Assembly: GCA_038894195.1 (NCBI GenBank)
Contig: JAWAPZ010000003.1
Span: 1 to 61,095, forward strand
Length of the DNA: 61,095 nucleotides
Reading direction: 5' to 3'
DNA from: Candidatus Pacearchaeota archaeon
GTDB taxonomy: Archaea; Nanobdellota; Nanobdellia; Pacearchaeales; UBA284
The notes beneath the pieces are model-generated. The model searched no databases and was not told the origin of the DNA. It saw nothing but the letters and a program-made list of their open reading frames with translations. The stretch's first letter is position 1, and every line of letters starts with the position of its first letter. This document shows positions 1 through 9,086 of this stretch, piece by piece. The position numbers and the translations under genes are program-made.

Positions 1-120
1 TTGTCGTCTGTGCTAAGGACTTGAGAGGAGTTTTATGGCTTGTTGGCTGGGGAGACAGTTCACAAATTGGAAACCTAAGATAAACTAAAATTTTATAAAC
101 GTTTCTGCCTTCTTTTTCAT

Positions 121-1785
121 ATGAAAATCCTTACATTGCATTGTGACTATATTAAATTTAAGCCAACCAAAGAAGCAATAAAAGAGGCTGAAGAAACAGA
201 TAAAAAACTTATCGAGGTGAAAGAATGTCTTGTAGTTTTTACAGCAGTTGAGCAACAGGACTCTGAAAATTCTAGTGCTATTATTAAAAAATTTACAGAA
301 AATGTTACTGAAATTGCGGGTCAAGTTAAATGCAAAACTTTGGTTTTATATCCTTATGCCCACCTTAGCTCAAAACTTGCAAAGCCAACACTGGCCGAAG
401 AAATTCTAAAAAAAGCCGAGCAGCAATTAAAAAAGAACTTTAAAGTCACAAGAGCACCTTTCGGTTGGTACAAAGAGTTTGAGCTGAAATGCAAGGGACA
501 TCCTCTTTCAGAATTATCAAGAGAAATCACTGCAGAAGAAAAAGAAGAAAAAGCAGAAAAAAAAATTCTAAAAATAGTAATAAATAAGAGCAAGCTCAGC
601 GAGAATGATCATAGAATTCTAGGCCAGAAACTTGATCTTTTCTCATTCAATGAAACAGCCCCTGGAATGGTTTTCTGGCATCCTAAAGGCCTTGTCCTTA
701 GAAATTTATTGATAGAATTTTGGCGTAAAGAACATGATAAAGCAGGTTATCAAGAAATACTAACACCACAAATAATGTCAAAAAAATTGTGGAAACTTTC
801 AGGGCACTGGGATCATTACAAAAATGCCATGTTTTTCACTTCTGCAGGAAAAGAAGAATTCGCAATAAAACCAATGAACTGCCCTGGTGCAATGTTGCTT
901 TTCAAAGAAACTCCTAGAAGTTATAAAGAACTGCCTTTAAGATTCTGTGAACTTGGCATAGTCCATAGATTAGAACTTTCTGGAGTTTTAGCAGGAATGC
1001 TTCGTGTGATTCAAATAACACAAGATGACGCCCACATATTCTGTCAAGATGATCAAGTCGAGCAAGAAGTGATAAAAATTATAGAGTTAATTGACAAATT
1101 TTACAAAGTTTTTGGTTTTTCTTACCATGTTGAACTTTCAACAAAACCAAAAGACCATATAGGTACAGACGATGAATGGAAAAAAGCTGAAAATTCTCTA
1201 GAAAACGCATTAAAAAAATTAAAACTAAAGTTTAAAGTGAATCCTGGGGAGGGTGCTTTTTACGGTCCTAAGATAGATTTTCACATTAAAGATTCTCAAG
1301 GAAGAACCTGGCAGTGTGCTACAATACAACTTGATTTCGCGATGCCGCAAAGATTTAGCCTCGAGTACACTAGCCAGGATAACAAAAAACATGTTCCAAG
1401 AGTGATTCATAGAACAATTTATGGTTCACTTGAGCGATTCATAGGAATTCTAACAGAACACTATAAAGGACAGTTTCCCTTATGGCTTTCACCAACCCAA
1501 GTTCGTGTCTTAAGTTTCACAGCGAGAAATGTGAAAGCAGCTGAAAAAATTTTCAAGTTACTTAAAGAAAATTTTAGAGTAGAACTAGACATAAGAGACG
1601 AAAGTGTACCATACAAAATTCGTGAAGCAGAACTTCAAAAAATCCCTTACATAATTGTAATTGGTGATAAAGAAGAAAAAAATAATACACTGGCAGTCCG
1701 TGCTCGTGGCAAGAATCCGGAGTTCGGCGTAAAGCCTAAGAATTTTATAGAAAGACTTAAAAAAGAGGTTGAAGAAAAAAAATAA
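121..1785 (+). CDS. thrS: Threonyl-tRNA synthetase (archaeal editing domain + bacterial-type catalytic core)
   Basis: N-term YPYAHLS..RAPFGWYK..KGHPLSELSR; core DHRILG..PGMVFWHPKG, KPMNCPG, GEGAFYGPKID; anticodon-binding domain. Confidence 0.97.
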   Translation: MKILTLHCDYIKFKPTKEAIKEAEETDKKLIEVKECLVVFTAVEQQDSENSSAIIKKFTENVTEIAGQVKCKTLVLYPYAHLSSKLAKPTLAEEILKKAEQQLKKNFKVTRAPFGWYKEFELKCKGHPLSELSREITAEEKEEKAEKKILKIVINKSKLSENDHRILGQKLDLFSFNETAPGMVFWHPKGLVLRNLLIEFWRKEHDKAGYQEILTPQIMSKKLWKLSGHWDHYKNAMFFTSAGKEEFAIKPMNCPGAMLLFKETPRSYKELPLRFCELGIVHRLELSGVLAGMLRVIQITQDDAHIFCQDDQVEQEVIKIIELIDKFYKVFGFSYHVELSTKPKDHIGTDDEWKKAENSLENALKKLKLKFKVNPGEGAFYGPKIDFHIKDSQGRTWQCATIQLDFAMPQRFSLEYTSQDNKKHVPRVIHRTIYGSLERFIGILTEHYKGQFPLWLSPTQVRVLSFTARNVKAAEKIFKLLKENFRVELDIRDESVPYKIREAELQKIPYIIVIGDKEEKNNTLAVRARGKNPEFGVKPKNFIERLKKEVEEKK

Positions 1786-2324
1786 TGTCATTCAAATCTT
1801 TATTAAAACAAGTCGAAACAAGTTCAAAATTTCGCGAATTTAAAAAAAGAAACCCTAGAGCTAAACTTTATAGCGCATTCTTTACTCTGCGAACAGCATT
1901 TGGTAATCTTTTGGAGGATTCTCAACAGCTTGATTATCTAATTGGCAAAGAGAGAATAGTAACTTTTTCCTTGCAAGATGATCAGATAATCATGAAAGAA
2001 GATAAACTAGAAAAATTAGTTGAAAAATTCACAGCTTTAAAAAAAGATATAACAACTGATATTGAGGATATAAAAGAAATTGTACAAAAAGAAATGAAAA
2101 AACAAAAAATATCCTCAGAGATTCAGGAAATTGTGGCTATCCTACAAAGACAAAAAGAAAATCAGATTTGGAATATAATTGTTGTTCTTTCCTCTTTAGA
2201 CATGCTAAGATTGCATATAGACATACAAGGAAAAATTCTTGTTAACAAAAAAGAAAGTTTTGCAGATATCATAAAATTTAAAAAAGGAAATAAGGAAAAA
2301 GAAAGCTCACCAAAATATGTGTGA
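1785..2324 (+). CDS. Hypothetical protein
   Basis: 179-aa ORF overlapping the thrS stop by 1 nt. Confidence 0.75.
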   Translation: MSFKSLLKQVETSSKFREFKKRNPRAKLYSAFFTLRTAFGNLLEDSQQLDYLIGKERIVTFSLQDDQIIMKEDKLEKLVEKFTALKKDITTDIEDIKEIVQKEMKKQKISSEIQEIVAILQRQKENQIWNIIVVLSSLDMLRLHIDIQGKILVNKKESFADIIKFKKGNKEKESSPKYV

Positions 2325-2362
2325 CATTAAGTTTTTTAACTTATTCTATCCAAATTATTTAT

Positions 2363-2435
2363 GCCTCTGTAGCTCAGATGGTAGAGCACCATCCTCGTAA
2401 GATGGGGGTCCTGGGTTCAATTCCCAGCAGAGGCT
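2363..2435 (+). tRNA. tRNA-Thr(CGU)
   Basis: GCCUCUG/CAGAGGC acceptor, CCAUC-CUCGUAA-GAUGG anticodon arm, GGUUCAAUUCC T arm, U73. Confidence 0.96.
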
Positions 2436-3215
2436 TTAAACACCCTCTTCTCTTTTTTTCTTCATTTCTTCTAGTTTTTTTCTTACAAGTTTTCTTGCTT
2501 CTTCAAGGTCAATTTCTTTTTTTTCTTCAACTTGAAAAAAATCCTTAATATTTATTTTCTTTTTAATCCCTTTATTTTCAAGGAAAACTTTTGCAATTAA
2601 ATAAAGAGCAAGCCCTATGCTACTAGGACTTTTGTTATTACAAGGAACAACTATATCAACATATCTCGTCAAATTATTTGTACTGCATAAAGCTACTACA
2701 GGAATTCTTGCAGAAATAGCATCTCTCAATGCATTCTTGTCAAGCCATGGATCTGAGATAAACATTAATTCTGGTTCAAAAAAATCAACAAGAGCAGGAT
2801 TAGTGATTATACCAGCAGGATATTTTGTGAAAACCCTTATTCCAGTCAATTCTCCAAATAATTTTACTAATTTCTCGCAATTTTCTCTTTTGCAACAAAA
2901 AACAATTTTTTCTGCATCAAATTGTGAAAGAAATTTTGCCGCAATTCTTATTTTATCATCTACTTTTTGTGTATTTAAGACGGCTATTCCATCAGCCCTC
3001 CTCTTATAAACATATTCACGCATATCGGGAGTAACAGCCCTCGTACCAAGATGTAATCCAGCTTGAATGTAGTATTCCACAGGGACAAGCAATTTCTCTT
3101 CTTTTTCTTGTTTTTCTTCAGATTCTTCCTTCTTACTTTCTTTCTTCTCCTCTCCTTCTTCCCGCTTTTCTGTTAGAGCTTTTTCATCTTTGTCAATTTT
3201 TTTCTTTCTTGGCAT
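2436..3215 (-). CDS. rps2: 30S ribosomal protein uS2
   Basis: AGLHLGT..YKRRADG, DPWLDKNAL, IPVVALCSTNN, PCNNK motifs. Confidence 0.93.
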   Translation of the reverse strand: MPRKKKIDKDEKALTEKREEGEEKKESKKEESEEKQEKEEKLLVPVEYYIQAGLHLGTRAVTPDMREYVYKRRADGIAVLNTQKVDDKIRIAAKFLSQFDAEKIVFCCKRENCEKLVKLFGELTGIRVFTKYPAGIITNPALVDFFEPELMFISDPWLDKNALRDAISARIPVVALCSTNNLTRYVDIVVPCNNKSPSSIGLALYLIAKVFLENKGIKKKINIKDFFQVEEKKEIDLEEARKLVRKKLEEMKKKREEGV

Positions 3216-3256
3216 CTTTAAACATGTTAAGGTAGATTTTTAAATGTTATGAGAAA

Positions 3257-3378
3257 CGCCGGGACTGGGACTCGAACCCAGATATCCTTACGGAAACAGG
3301 TTTTTCATTTTTCTTCCAGAGGCTTCCTTTTAAGAAGGCTCTTAGCAAACCTGCGCCTTACCATTGGGCCATCCCGGC
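3257..3378 (-). tRNA. tRNA-Ser(GCU) with 40-nt intron at 37/38 (3303-3342)
   Basis: GCCGGGA/UCCCGGC acceptor, CAGGU/ACCUG anticodon stem, UUGCUA|A loop, long variable arm, G73; relaxed BHB (3 of 4 central pairs). Confidence 0.92.
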
Positions 3379-3464
3379 TTCTAACTTAAAAGAAAATTAA
3401 ACTTTTAAATTTTTTGAAATAAAAAGATTTTTAAATAAGAAATCTTTAAGAGCTCGGAGGTAAA

Positions 3465-4145
3465 ATGAAGAAACTCTTATTTTTTTTGTTGACTTTATTG
3501 CTTCTAGTTTCAGTTTCAGTTACAGCTTTAGCAAATGAAAAAGATATTGAAAGAGTTGATGTCATACATTACTTAAAGCCGGGAAATGGCATGCCAAGAG
3601 AAGCAAAAGCACAGGCGTGTTACAAATTACTTGGAATAAAATGGGACACTGCAGTCAATTATACAATTAATCCAACAAATCCACAGGGTTTGCCAGAAAA
3701 CTTTATAATTTTAGCCATCTCAACCTCAGCAGAAACATGGGATGACGCAACTTCAAGCGAGCTTTTTAATGACAACTATCTTGTAAATTATACGGCACAA
3801 TATGGTATAAGAAACAATGAAAATGCGCTTGTTTTTGCTGATTATCCCAGTGATAATGTAATAGCAATAACTTCTTATTGGTATAGTCGAAAGACAAAAA
3901 CAATACTAGAGTTTGATGTATTATTTAACACAAGGTTTACTTGGGGAGATGCTACACAAAACACGAGTGTAATGGACTTGCAGAATATAGCAACTCACGA
4001 GTTGGGTCATGCTGTAGGGATGAACGATGTTTATCAAACTGTTTGTTCTGAAGTTACAATGTACGGCTATTCAAGTTATGGAGAAACTAAAAAAAGAACT
4101 TTAGAACAACCGGACATAACAGGCTTGCAAAAAATGTATGGTTAA
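3465..4145 (+). CDS. Secreted metzincin (matrixin-like) zinc protease
   Basis: Signal peptide; HELGHAVGMND zinc motif; Met-turn VTMYG; GGAGGT SD. Confidence 0.88.
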   Translation: MKKLLFFLLTLLLLVSVSVTALANEKDIERVDVIHYLKPGNGMPREAKAQACYKLLGIKWDTAVNYTINPTNPQGLPENFIILAISTSAETWDDATSSELFNDNYLVNYTAQYGIRNNENALVFADYPSDNVIAITSYWYSRKTKTILEFDVLFNTRFTWGDATQNTSVMDLQNIATHELGHAVGMNDVYQTVCSEVTMYGYSSYGETKKRTLEQPDITGLQKMYG

Positions 4146-4177
4146 TTTTTCTTTGTTGTTTTGTTTTTTGCTAAAAA

Positions 4178-4713
4178 TTAACAAATATTTTCTCCTTCCT
4201 CTAGAACTTGTCTTTTAATATAAATTTTAGCATCAAACCTCAAAGCAATTGCTATTGCATCGCTCGGTCTTGAGTCGAGAGCAAGAATTTTGTTTCCTTG
4301 TCTTAAAAAGATTTTTGCAAGATAAATTCCATCTCTCGTTTCGTGAATAATCACATGAATAACTTTTATATCATAGATTTCAAAAATATTTTTTATTATA
4401 TCGTGCGTCAAAGGTCTCTCTGTTGTTTTATTTTTAGCGCCGCTTCAATAGAAATCGCCTGATCCTGTGTTATTGTCATTACAACTGCTTTGCATTCGCG
4501 CTTCAAAAAGAGAGTTTGTCCTTCTAAATAGACTTCAACTTCTTGAAAATTTTTCAAAGACAATTCTTCTATCCTTACTTCTTCAAGTTTTTCTTTATTT
4601 TCTTTATAGTGCAAGCCAATAAAGAGACCTAAGAAAAAGAAAATTATTGTTAAAACAACAAACAGAAAAAAAAGTTTTTTACCGATTTTTTTCTTACTCA
4701 TTTTCGACTGCAT
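4178..4713 (-). pseudogene. Bifunctional nuclease (DUF151) family, membrane-anchored, frameshifted
   Basis: Adding one A near 4426-4435 joins ..ISIEAALKIK to TTERPLTHDII..DSRPSDAIAIAL. Confidence 0.8.
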
Positions 4714-4942
4714 TCTTCTTCCTTTCGATTAATTTCTTCGCTCTTCCAAGCATCTCTCGTTTTAAGCCAATAAAACAACCTCCTGGTTTGCCAGCACAAT
4801 ATGTCGCTTCGCCTTCTTTAATTATTTCTGCAATTTCTGGAGATTCAATATCAATATGTGTAATTCTCGCACGACTTTTACCTTGCTCGTGCAAATAAAC
4901 TTTTGCCTTAATAAGATACTTGCCTTCACCTGGACCACTCAT
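4694..4942 (-). CDS. Small hypothetical protein
   Basis: 82-aa ORF, TATA-like element about 25 nt upstream, overlaps the next gene. Confidence 0.65.
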   Translation of the reverse strand: MSGPGEGKYLIKAKVYLHEQGKSRARITHIDIESPEIAEIIKEGEATYCAGKPGGCFIGLKREMLGRAKKLIERKKNAVENE

Positions 4943-4979
4943 GAAAAACTTAATAAGCCCATGTATTTAAAATTTATTA

Positions 4980-5165
4980 GGGGCTGTAGTATAACTTGGT
5001 TAGTATACGTGCCTAGGGAAGCATTCTTTCTTTTGAAAAAGAAAGAACCTTGGGAAGAAAGAAAATCAAAGTTAGAAAAAACTCTAGAACGCACGCGATC
5101 TGGGTTCAAAGAGCTTTCCTAAAGAGAAGCCTCGGAAAGAAAGCATGAGAATCCCAGCAGCCCCA
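4980..5165 (+). tRNA. tRNA-Pro (anticodon reads AGG) with introns at 37/38 (5019-5089) and 59/60 (5111-5151)
   Basis: GGGGCUG/CAGCCCC-A73 acceptor, D loop CUUGGUUA, CGUGC/GCACG anticodon stem, CUGGG/CCCAG T stem; both introns form BHB motifs; mature length 74 nt. Confidence 0.9.
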
Positions 5166-5202
5166 TCCGAAACTTTATAAAATTAGGAAATTTATTTTGA
5201 TT

Positions 5203-5449
5203 ATGAAAGTTGGAGCTTGCGGAATTTGTTGTAAAACTTGTGGTCCTTACACTAAAAAATCTGTCCTGGCTGTGAAAAATTCAAGAACATGTTGATTTCT
5301 TAAAGAACATAAATGCTAACTGTCCTGTTCTTGAATGTGCTGTCTGCAACAAGAAAGAAGTATGTTCTAAAGATTGTGAAAAGTTTCCATGTAAAAAATT
5401 TAAGGAATGCCTATCGGTTGATGGCTTGAAATTTTTAAAGGAAGATTAA
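5203..5449 (+). pseudogene. Cys-rich DUF3795-like protein, doubly frameshifted
   Basis: MKVGACGICCKTC..(K)ICPGCEK..CPVLECA..C..C..FPC restored by +1 A at 5254-5259 and at 5275-5279. Confidence 0.65.
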
Positions 5450-5499
5450 AAAATAAAGTATATAAACCCCTTTTTCTTGTTAGATAAAAAGGGGTAAGA

Positions 5500-6324
5500 A
5501 TGAAAATAACATTTATAGAAAAAACAGCAATCACTGTTATTTTTTTTGTAGCATTACTTTTTGTTTTTCCAAAAAATCTTTTTATTGGAGATATTTCAAA
5601 CTTGTTCACTGCAGTCTCTTTATTATTTGGAATTCTTGCTGGTTTTTTTATCGCAGCTACATTAAGTAATTATTTTAGATTACAATCATTAGTTGCCGAG
5701 GAAACAACTCAACTCGGAACAATATATGTAAAAGCTGTGCTTCTAGAACCAAAAATAAAAAAGGAATTAGAAGACGCTATTGATAGTTATGCTAGGGCAG
5801 AGTTCGATTACGAACTTCATGAATACATTGATAACACATGGAGAGAATTCGAAAATATAGTTAAAGCAACAGAAAAAATTAAAAAAAGAGAAACATCTTT
5901 ATTTACAAACTTTATTGATTCTATTGCAAGATTATCAACTATTAGACAAGAAATATCTTTAACTGCAAGAAAAATTCTAGGTCTTGGGCATTGGATTGTT
6001 TTGATAATACTTGCAGCAATGGTTATATTCTTATCATATATTATGAAAACCCCAACAGTTACTTCCTCAATTTTCACAGTTTTAATTTCAGCTGCAACTT
6101 GTCTTGTGTTATTCTTGCTGTATGAGATAGATAGTAATTTTTTTGCAGAAGAAAGATTGGCGTTTACATCTTTTGAAAGGGTTTTCCATGATATTGGAAA
6201 ACTTCCTTACTATCCAGAAGAATCTATTAAAAAAGGTAGAATAAAATTAAAAGGAAAATATAGGATTGGAATTCTTGAAAGTAAAAAACCAATAAAAAGG
6301 AGGATAGAGATACGAGAATTTTAG
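5500..6324 (+). CDS. Membrane protein, DUF4239/bestrophin-like
   Basis: Four TM segments in two pairs around a helical soluble domain. Confidence 0.6.
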   Translation: MKITFIEKTAITVIFFVALLFVFPKNLFIGDISNLFTAVSLLFGILAGFFIAATLSNYFRLQSLVAEETTQLGTIYVKAVLLEPKIKKELEDAIDSYARAEFDYELHEYIDNTWREFENIVKATEKIKKRETSLFTNFIDSIARLSTIRQEISLTARKILGLGHWIVLIILAAMVIFLSYIMKTPTVTSSIFTVLISAATCLVLFLLYEIDSNFFAEERLAFTSFERVFHDIGKLPYYPEESIKKGRIKLKGKYRIGILESKKPIKRRIEIREF

Positions 6325-6325
6325 A

Positions 6326-7600
6326 ATGAAATATATTGATTATGTAGACACAGGTTATAAACCATCAAAAGAAGATGTAATCTGTGAATTTTATATTGAA
6401 CCTTACAGATGCTCGATGAAGGAAGCTGCAGGTGCAGTAGCATCCGAGTCAAGTATTGGAACCTGGACTGAAGTAACAACAATGCATTCTGGCATCGAGA
6501 AACTCGCTGCAAAAGTTTTTTCTATTAAAAAAAATTTTATTAAAATTGCTTATCCAATAGAATTGTTTGAGCCAGGAAACATGCCACAGATTCTTTCAAG
6601 CATCGCAGGAAATATTTTTGGGATGAAACTTGTCAAGAATCTAAGACTTGAAGATGTACATTTCCCAAAAAAACTAGTAAACTCTTTTTATGGGCCAAAG
6701 TACGGCATAGAAGGGATAAGAAAATTATTGCACGTAAAAAAAAGGCCTCTTATCGGCACGATTGTTAAACCAAAAGTTGGCCTGAATGAAGAACAGCATG
6801 CAAGAGTAGCTTACAATGCATGGCTCGGTGGCTGCGACATCGTGAAGGATGATGAAAATCTTTCTAGTCTGTCGTTCAACAAATTTGAAAAACGTGTTCT
6901 TATAACCCTAAAAGCTAGGGACACTGCTGAAAGAATGACTGGGGAAAGAAAAATATACATGCCCAACGTAACAGCCGACCTACGCGAGATGCTTGACAGA
7001 GCAGAATTTGTAAAAAGAGTTGGTGGAGAGTATGTCATGGTCGATATATTAACTTTAGGTTGGAGTGCCTTACAAACATTAAGAGAATTCAATGAAGAAT
7101 TAAAACTTGTGTTGCACGCTCATAGAGCAGGACACGCTGCAATTACTAGAAATAAAAAACATGGAATAAGTATGTTAGTTATAGGAAAAATTTGTCGTCT
7201 AATTGGTTTAGATCAATTACATATAGGCACAGTAATAGGAAAAATGGAAGGTCCTCAAGAAGAAGTAATACATATCGATCAAGAAATTGAAAAAAAGCTA
7301 ATAAAAAAAGACCAAAAGGGCCATGTCCTTGAGCAAAAATGGTTTAGCAAAAAACCTGTACTTGCCGTATGCTCAGGGGGCTTACATCCACGCCATGTTC
7401 CTTTCTTAATAAAAAATCTTGGTAGGAACATAGTAATGCAGTTTGGTGGTGGGATTCACGGACATATTCGCGGCACGACCTCAGGTGCACGAGCAGTCAG
7501 GCAAGCAGTTGATGCTGTCATGAAAAATAAAACACTTGAAGAGTACTCTAAAGAACACAGAGAACTTTACGAAGCTCTAAACAAATGGAAAAAATCGTAG
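6326..7600 (+). CDS. rbcL: Form III RuBisCO large subunit
   Basis: ESSIGTW, GNIFG, KPKVG, DIVKDDE, HAHRAGH, GKMEG, SGGL, FGGGIHGH; all recognisable catalytic motifs intact. Confidence 0.96.
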   Translation: MKYIDYVDTGYKPSKEDVICEFYIEPYRCSMKEAAGAVASESSIGTWTEVTTMHSGIEKLAAKVFSIKKNFIKIAYPIELFEPGNMPQILSSIAGNIFGMKLVKNLRLEDVHFPKKLVNSFYGPKYGIEGIRKLLHVKKRPLIGTIVKPKVGLNEEQHARVAYNAWLGGCDIVKDDENLSSLSFNKFEKRVLITLKARDTAERMTGERKIYMPNVTADLREMLDRAEFVKRVGGEYVMVDILTLGWSALQTLREFNEELKLVLHAHRAGHAAITRNKKHGISMLVIGKICRLIGLDQLHIGTVIGKMEGPQEEVIHIDQEIEKKLIKKDQKGHVLEQKWFSKKPVLAVCSGGLHPRHVPFLIKNLGRNIVMQFGGGIHGHIRGTTSGARAVRQAVDAVMKNKTLEEYSKEHRELYEALNKWKKS

Positions 7601-7659
7601 CTAAAAAAAGCTTAACGCAATCCAATTTAAAAAATTCTTAAATCAAATGTATTTTAAAC

Positions 7660-7673
7660 CGAAAGTTTTATAA
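7660..7673 (+). promoter_or_regulatory. BRE + TATA box of tuf (probably leaderless mRNA)
   Basis: CGAAAG-TTTTATAA ending 22 nt before the ATG. Confidence 0.7.
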
Positions 7674-7695
7674 ATATATACAAACAAATCTTAAA

Positions 7696-8979
7696 ATGGC
7701 AGGCGAGAAACCAAATTTCAACATAATTTTTGTTGGTCACGTAGACCACGGTAAAAGCACAGCTGTAGGTAGATTACTCTATGAAAGTGGAATTTTCTCT
7801 GAGCAAGAACTTGCTAAGATGAAAGATATGGCTGAAAAACTAGGTAAGAAAGGTTTTGAGTTTGCATTTGTCATGGATCGCTTAAAAGAGGAAAGAGAAA
7901 GAGGTTTGACAATTGACCTAGCATACAAAAAGATTATGACTAAAAAATATCAAGTAACTATAATAGATGCTCCTGGACACCGAGACTTTGTAAAGAACAT
8001 GATAACAGGAACAAGCCAGGCAGATGCAGCAATTCTTGTAGTTGCAGTTCAACATGGAATCATGGCACAAACCAGAGAACATGTTTGGCTCTGCAGAACG
8101 ATGGGTGTTGAACAAATTGCAGTGCTTATAAACCAAATGGACACTGTAAATTATGACAAAGAAAAATACAATAAAGTTGTCGAAGATCTAAAAAACTTGC
8201 TTAAAATGACTGGTTACAAAGTCGACAAGATTAATTTCATACCAGCAAGTGCATATGTTGGAGACAATATTTTCAAAAAATCACCTAATTTGTCTTGGTA
8301 CAATGGCCCCACTTTGCTTGAACAATTTGATTTATTTGAGCCACCAAAAAAACCAGTTGACATGCCTCTAAGGATGCCAATTGAAAATATTTATTCAATC
8401 ACAGGTGTTGGAACCGTACCAGTAGGTAAGATCCTAACAGGAAAAATGAAGCCTGGCGACAAAGTAATCATTCTGCCTGCCAGATCAGGCAAAGGAATTG
8501 AAGGCGAGGTTAAAACAATAGAAATGCATCACGAACAACTTAAAGAAGCAATTGCAGGTGATAATGTTGGTGTTAACATAAGAGGAATAGGAAAGCAGGA
8601 TGTAGCAAGGGGGGACGTAATCGCACACACAAGTTCGCCCCCACCTGTTGTTGAAGAATTCACAGCACAGATTGTGGTAATAAATCACCCAACGGTCATT
8701 GCAGTTGGCTATCAGCCTGTTTTGCATGTTCACACAGCACAGGTACCAGTGCAATTTACAGAACTCGTGAAAAAACTTGATCCAAAAACAGGCCAGGTTA
8801 CACAAGAAAAACCAGATTTTCTGAAGAATGGAGAGGTGGCTATAGTTAAGTTAAAACCAGTAAAACCGCTAGTCATAGAAAAACAAGAGAAAAACCCGCA
8901 TATGGCTCGTTTTGCAGTTCGTGATATGGGCCAAACAGTTGCTGCCGGTATTTGTATAGACGTGGTTGAGAAAAAATAG
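7696..8979 (+). CDS. tuf: Elongation factor 1-alpha
   Basis: [39 protein letters not shown]. Confidence 0.99.
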   Translation: MAGEKPNFNIIFVGHVDHGKSTAVGRLLYESGIFSEQELAKMKDMAEKLGKKGFEFAFVMDRLKEERERGLTIDLAYKKIMTKKYQVTIIDAPGHRDFVKNMITGTSQADAAILVVAVQHGIMAQTREHVWLCRTMGVEQIAVLINQMDTVNYDKEKYNKVVEDLKNLLKMTGYKVDKINFIPASAYVGDNIFKKSPNLSWYNGPTLLEQFDLFEPPKKPVDMPLRMPIENIYSITGVGTVPVGKILTGKMKPGDKVIILPARSGKGIEGEVKTIEMHHEQLKEAIAGDNVGVNIRGIGKQDVARGDVIAHTSSPPPVVEEFTAQIVVINHPTVIAVGYQPVLHVHTAQVPVQFTELVKKLDPKTGQVTQEKPDFLKNGEVAIVKLKPVKPLVIEKQEKNPHMARFAVRDMGQTVAAGICIDVVEKK

Positions 8980-9086
8980 AACTTAATCATAAAGCAAATT
9001 TTTTCAGGAATATTTAATTTTTTGATTTGCCACATATAACTAAATACTGCAAGGACGATTTTCAAAATAAAATTAAACCCTTAAGC

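Noticed and set aside
1-83. Possible CDS 3' end (frame 3..83) or start of a minus-strand RNA
   Set aside because: Truncated by the window edge; cannot be assigned
5049-5054. CU-UGG-G as the true anticodon exon
   Set aside because: Needs two imperfect BHBs and resembles the CCUCUGG segment of the intron family; kept only as an alternative
4856-5122. 88-aa ORF in the track
   Set aside because: Overlaps the intron-containing tRNA-Pro; spurious
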